NCBI GenBank assembly: GCA_965209155.1 | Contig: OZ242383.1 | Coordinates: forward strand, 2,400,001-2,464,000 | DNA length: 64,000 bases | Direction of reading: 5' to 3' | Origin: a bacterium | GTDB lineage: Bacteria; SAR324; NAC60-12 | Shown: positions 61,588-64,000 of the stretch, piece by piece | How the letters are laid out: each line of letters begins with the position of its first letter | Position numbering within the stretch: position 1 is the stretch's first letter | The notes under the pieces: generated by a model | What the model was told of the DNA's origin: nothing | Databases searched by the model: none | Seen by the model: the letters and a program-made list of their open reading frames with translations, nothing else | Translations under genes and position numbers: made by a program

Positions 61588-63386
61588 CAGAGGACCTCCG
61601 CGATATGCACCGGCACTTGGATCGGATGATCGAGCAGCAATTGAGCGTAGCCTTTTCCCTGGGCATCATCCCGCAGACTGGCCACCCCGCCCCCGCCCAA
61701 TACGTCATGGAAAAGGAAATTGATGGCATGGGAGCCCGGCAGCAGGAAGCGCTCCACGTTCCCTTGCAGGAAATGAGCAAAACGCTTTGCCACCACTTTT
61801 TCTGTCAACGACTGCCAGATGAAAGGGAGATATTCCGGTTTGCGGGCAATGATTCCGACATTGGCTTTGTCGCCTTTGTCTCCGCTGCGTCCCCAGGCTA
61901 ATTTCACCAATGGCACTTCCCTCATGGCAGAATCACCCTTGGAATCGCTTGGAGGGAGAGGACGCCGGATGGCTTGTGGATTAAAAACGGAGCTTTGTTT
62001 GGGAATGAATGGGATCGATTCTCCCCCTGAATCAAGGTGGATGGAGATTTCTTTTTTGGGAATGAGGAAGGAGAACAGCCTGACGACCGGAGAGGGTTTC
62101 GGACGACTTCCAGCAAATCCTGCCCCGCCGGGTGGGTTGGCCAGACCCAAACCCGCCACCTCCTTCAAGAGCATACGAATACCGGCCTGGTCCCCATGTT
62201 TGGCAGCTATTTTGAGCACGACCTCACGGGATCCCGTGACGTGGCTGGCCTCTCCATACTGGCTTTCAGCCCCCAGTATTTCGATGCTGGTTTCCGTGAA
62301 ATCGGCTAAATTCGCCTCCCGAAGAACCCGACGCGCACGATTGAAGGCAGCCCGGGCAAACCCCAAGGCTTTTTTATCGGAATCCATACCATAAAACGTT
62401 CGGTAGCTGCCTCCGCGAAATCCATCGGAATAAGTGGCAGATACTTTATAGCTGTCGGTGGCGGGATACCCGCAAGCTCCAGCCACGGAAACCCGGTTGG
62501 GAGCTTCTTGCCTGATTCGCACTTTTGAAAAATCACAGACCACGTCGGGGACGACGTAGGCTTGCGGGTCACCGATCTCGTAAAGCATTTGTTCAGAAAC
62601 CGTCCCCACGTTGACAATACCGCCTGTTCCTTCGGATTTCGTCACCGAAAAAATTCCGTCCGAAGAAATCTCTGCAATGGGATATCCAATCTGGTCTATG
62701 CGATCCACCACGTCTTGCCAATCGGTGAAATTTCCTCCCGTGGCTTGTGGACCACATTCCAGGATATGTCCGGCCAGGGTTCCGCAGGCGAGGAGGTCCC
62801 ACGCCGCCTCTCCCCAGCCAAATTCGTGGATGCAGGCGCCCAAGGTCACCGCACTGTCCACGACTCGACCGGTGACCACGATATCCGCCCCTTCATCCAG
62901 AGCTTGCGCGATGGGAAAGGCCCCCAGGTAGGCATTGACGCTAGCCAGCGTGGCAGGATTGGGAAAGTCCTCACCCGAATACATTTCCTTCACACCCCGG
63001 CGGCTCAATACCTCACCCATTTCGTTCAAGTCGTCTCCAAGGACAATCGCCACTTTCAAATCCAAATTCTGATCTGCAATGAGCTTCCGCAGGGCGTTGC
63101 CGCATGCCCTTGGGTTCACGCCCCCGGCATTTGTGATAATTTTTATGCCTTGACGTGCAATTTCTTCCAGATTGTCTTGCATCACCACCGTTACGAAGTC
63201 CCGCGCGTAACCGGCACTCGAATCTTTTGCCAACGCGCGAGCCATGATCGACATGGTGATCTCGGCAAGATAATCGTATACGATATAATCCAGTCCTCCT
63301 GCAGCTAAAAATTGGGGAGTCGCCATGTTGGATTCTCCCCAATAGCCACAGGCACCTCCAACGCGAATAGTTCTTTTTGTCGACAT
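61587..63386 (-). CDS. atuA: Acyclic terpene utilization AtuA family protein
   Basis: GG..G.WG, DYLAEITMS, NAYLGA.PIA.AL, GH..ECG.Q.TGGNF, GRSGDKG and D.QGK motifs. Confidence 0.92.
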   Translation of the reverse strand: MSTKRTIRVGGACGYWGESNMATPQFLAAGGLDYIVYDYLAEITMSIMARALAKDSSAGYARDFVTVVMQDNLEEIARQGIKIITNAGGVNPRACGNALRKLIADQNLDLKVAIVLGDDLNEMGEVLSRRGVKEMYSGEDFPNPATLASVNAYLGAFPIAQALDEGADIVVTGRVVDSAVTLGACIHEFGWGEAAWDLLACGTLAGHILECGPQATGGNFTDWQDVVDRIDQIGYPIAEISSDGIFSVTKSEGTGGIVNVGTVSEQMLYEIGDPQAYVVPDVVCDFSKVRIRQEAPNRVSVAGACGYPATDSYKVSATYSDGFRGGSYRTFYGMDSDKKALGFARAAFNRARRVLREANLADFTETSIEILGAESQYGEASHVTGSREVVLKIAAKHGDQAGIRMLLKEVAGLGLANPPGGAGFAGSRPKPSPVVRLFSFLIPKKEISIHLDSGGESIPFIPKQSSVFNPQAIRRPLPPSDSKGDSAMREVPLVKLAWGRSGDKGDKANVGIIARKPEYLPFIWQSLTEKVVAKRFAHFLQGNVERFLLPGSHAINFLFHDVLGGGGVASLRDDAQGKGYAQLLLDHPIQVPVHIAEVL

Positions 63387-63442
63387 TTTCCGTCCCTCCT
63401 CCTGTTTGCGTTTTCAACCTTTTATTCATAAAACACGCTTCG

Positions 63443-63808
63443 GGAGTCTACGTCAAGCTCAACTCTCATGAGGAGGAGCGGATTTTTTATTCATATCATA
63501 CCTGAGAGTTAATCTCTAAAGGATGTGTCATTCCTGGCTTGACCAGGAATCCATGCCTTCAATCTTCTCCGGAGTCTCCGTCAAGTTCAACTCTCTTGGG
63601 GAGGAGCGGATTTTTTACTCCTTTGTCATTCCTGGCTTGACCAGGAATCCAGGGGTATGCAACCAGACAGAAATCTGGATCCCTTCCGTTCTTGATCCGG
63701 GATTGAGTGAGGATGAAATAGACACCAGGATACTCCATCAATTGAAGATTTATGTCGAACTCGTGTTATTTAAAGTCCTGATTCACGTTTTAAAGTCCTG
63801 ATTCACGT
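63443..63808. mobile_element. Composite repeat cluster: family B MITE, 50-bp duplication, two hairpin units and a tandem family A end
   Basis: gtcattcctggcttgaccaggaatcc at ~63527 and ~63625. 63624-63764 is homologous to the reverse complement of 297-440. tttaaagtcctgattcacgt occurs twice (63769-63808). Confidence 0.75.
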
Positions 63809-63878
63809 GTGTGTCATTACTTTTTATGATTCCGAAAACGTGCTACGATTGATTTTCAGTGAAAATGGAAAGGATGTT

Positions 63879-64000
63879 ATGAACCTGAAAAATCAATTTT
63901 TTCTCCCCATGCTGGTAAGCATAGTCGGTTTGCTTTGGGGAACGCTGGTTTACGCTTCCGAGGAGGATAAAATTCTGCAGGGTGAATATATCTTCAGGGC
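63879..64000 (+). CDS. 5' end of an exported protein, possibly a c-type cytochrome
   Basis: MNLKNQFFLPMLVSIVGLLWGTLVYA-SEEDKILQGEYIFRA. The signal peptide and 'GEY..RA' often precede CxxCH, which would lie outside the window. Confidence 0.45.
   Translation, partial: MNLKNQFFLPMLVSIVGLLWGTLVYASEEDKILQGEYIFR

Overview
Bacterial chromosomal window from a diderm. The Tol/CpoB genes, outer-membrane barrels and a cdaA-cdaR pair suggest a deltaproteobacterial or SAR324-like organism, but this is inference only. Positions 1 to ~25.4 kb are housekeeping: hup, a very large repeat-rich TolA/TonB-like protein with tolB and cpoB, HNH, ygfZ, a divergent trpC-like gene, tatC, a UvrD helicase, ftsY, rluD, rng, cdaR-cdaA, ftsH, uvrC and recO. 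Positions ~25.4-64 kb are mostly accessory metabolism: ivd, a K+ channel, aminotransferases, metA, hyi, an M20 peptidase, coaA, lon, an aconitase X pair, two PhyH dioxygenases, a ThDP enzyme, moeA, glcB, NMO, vapBC and atuA/atuC/atuF-like genes. The main unexplained structure is a set of small repeats. (i) A RAYT (HUH Y1) transposase with a DnaA-C-like HTH is surrounded by about six copies of a non-palindromic ~26-bp motif, some as inverted doublets. (ii) Two MITE-like families with distinct terminal inverted repeats carry GTCATTCC...GGAATCC hairpin units; one has replaced the last codons of cdaA, and two such units lie next to 21- and 50-bp duplications. (iii) Two IS5-family end remnants are present. 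Other notable items are a GC-rich autotransporter with two Cache-like passenger modules split by a 1-nt frameshift, an in-frame amber stop in a TIGR03084-type gene, a desaturase fragment and a VapC lacking a conserved Asp. No rRNA, tRNA or CRISPR array was recognised.
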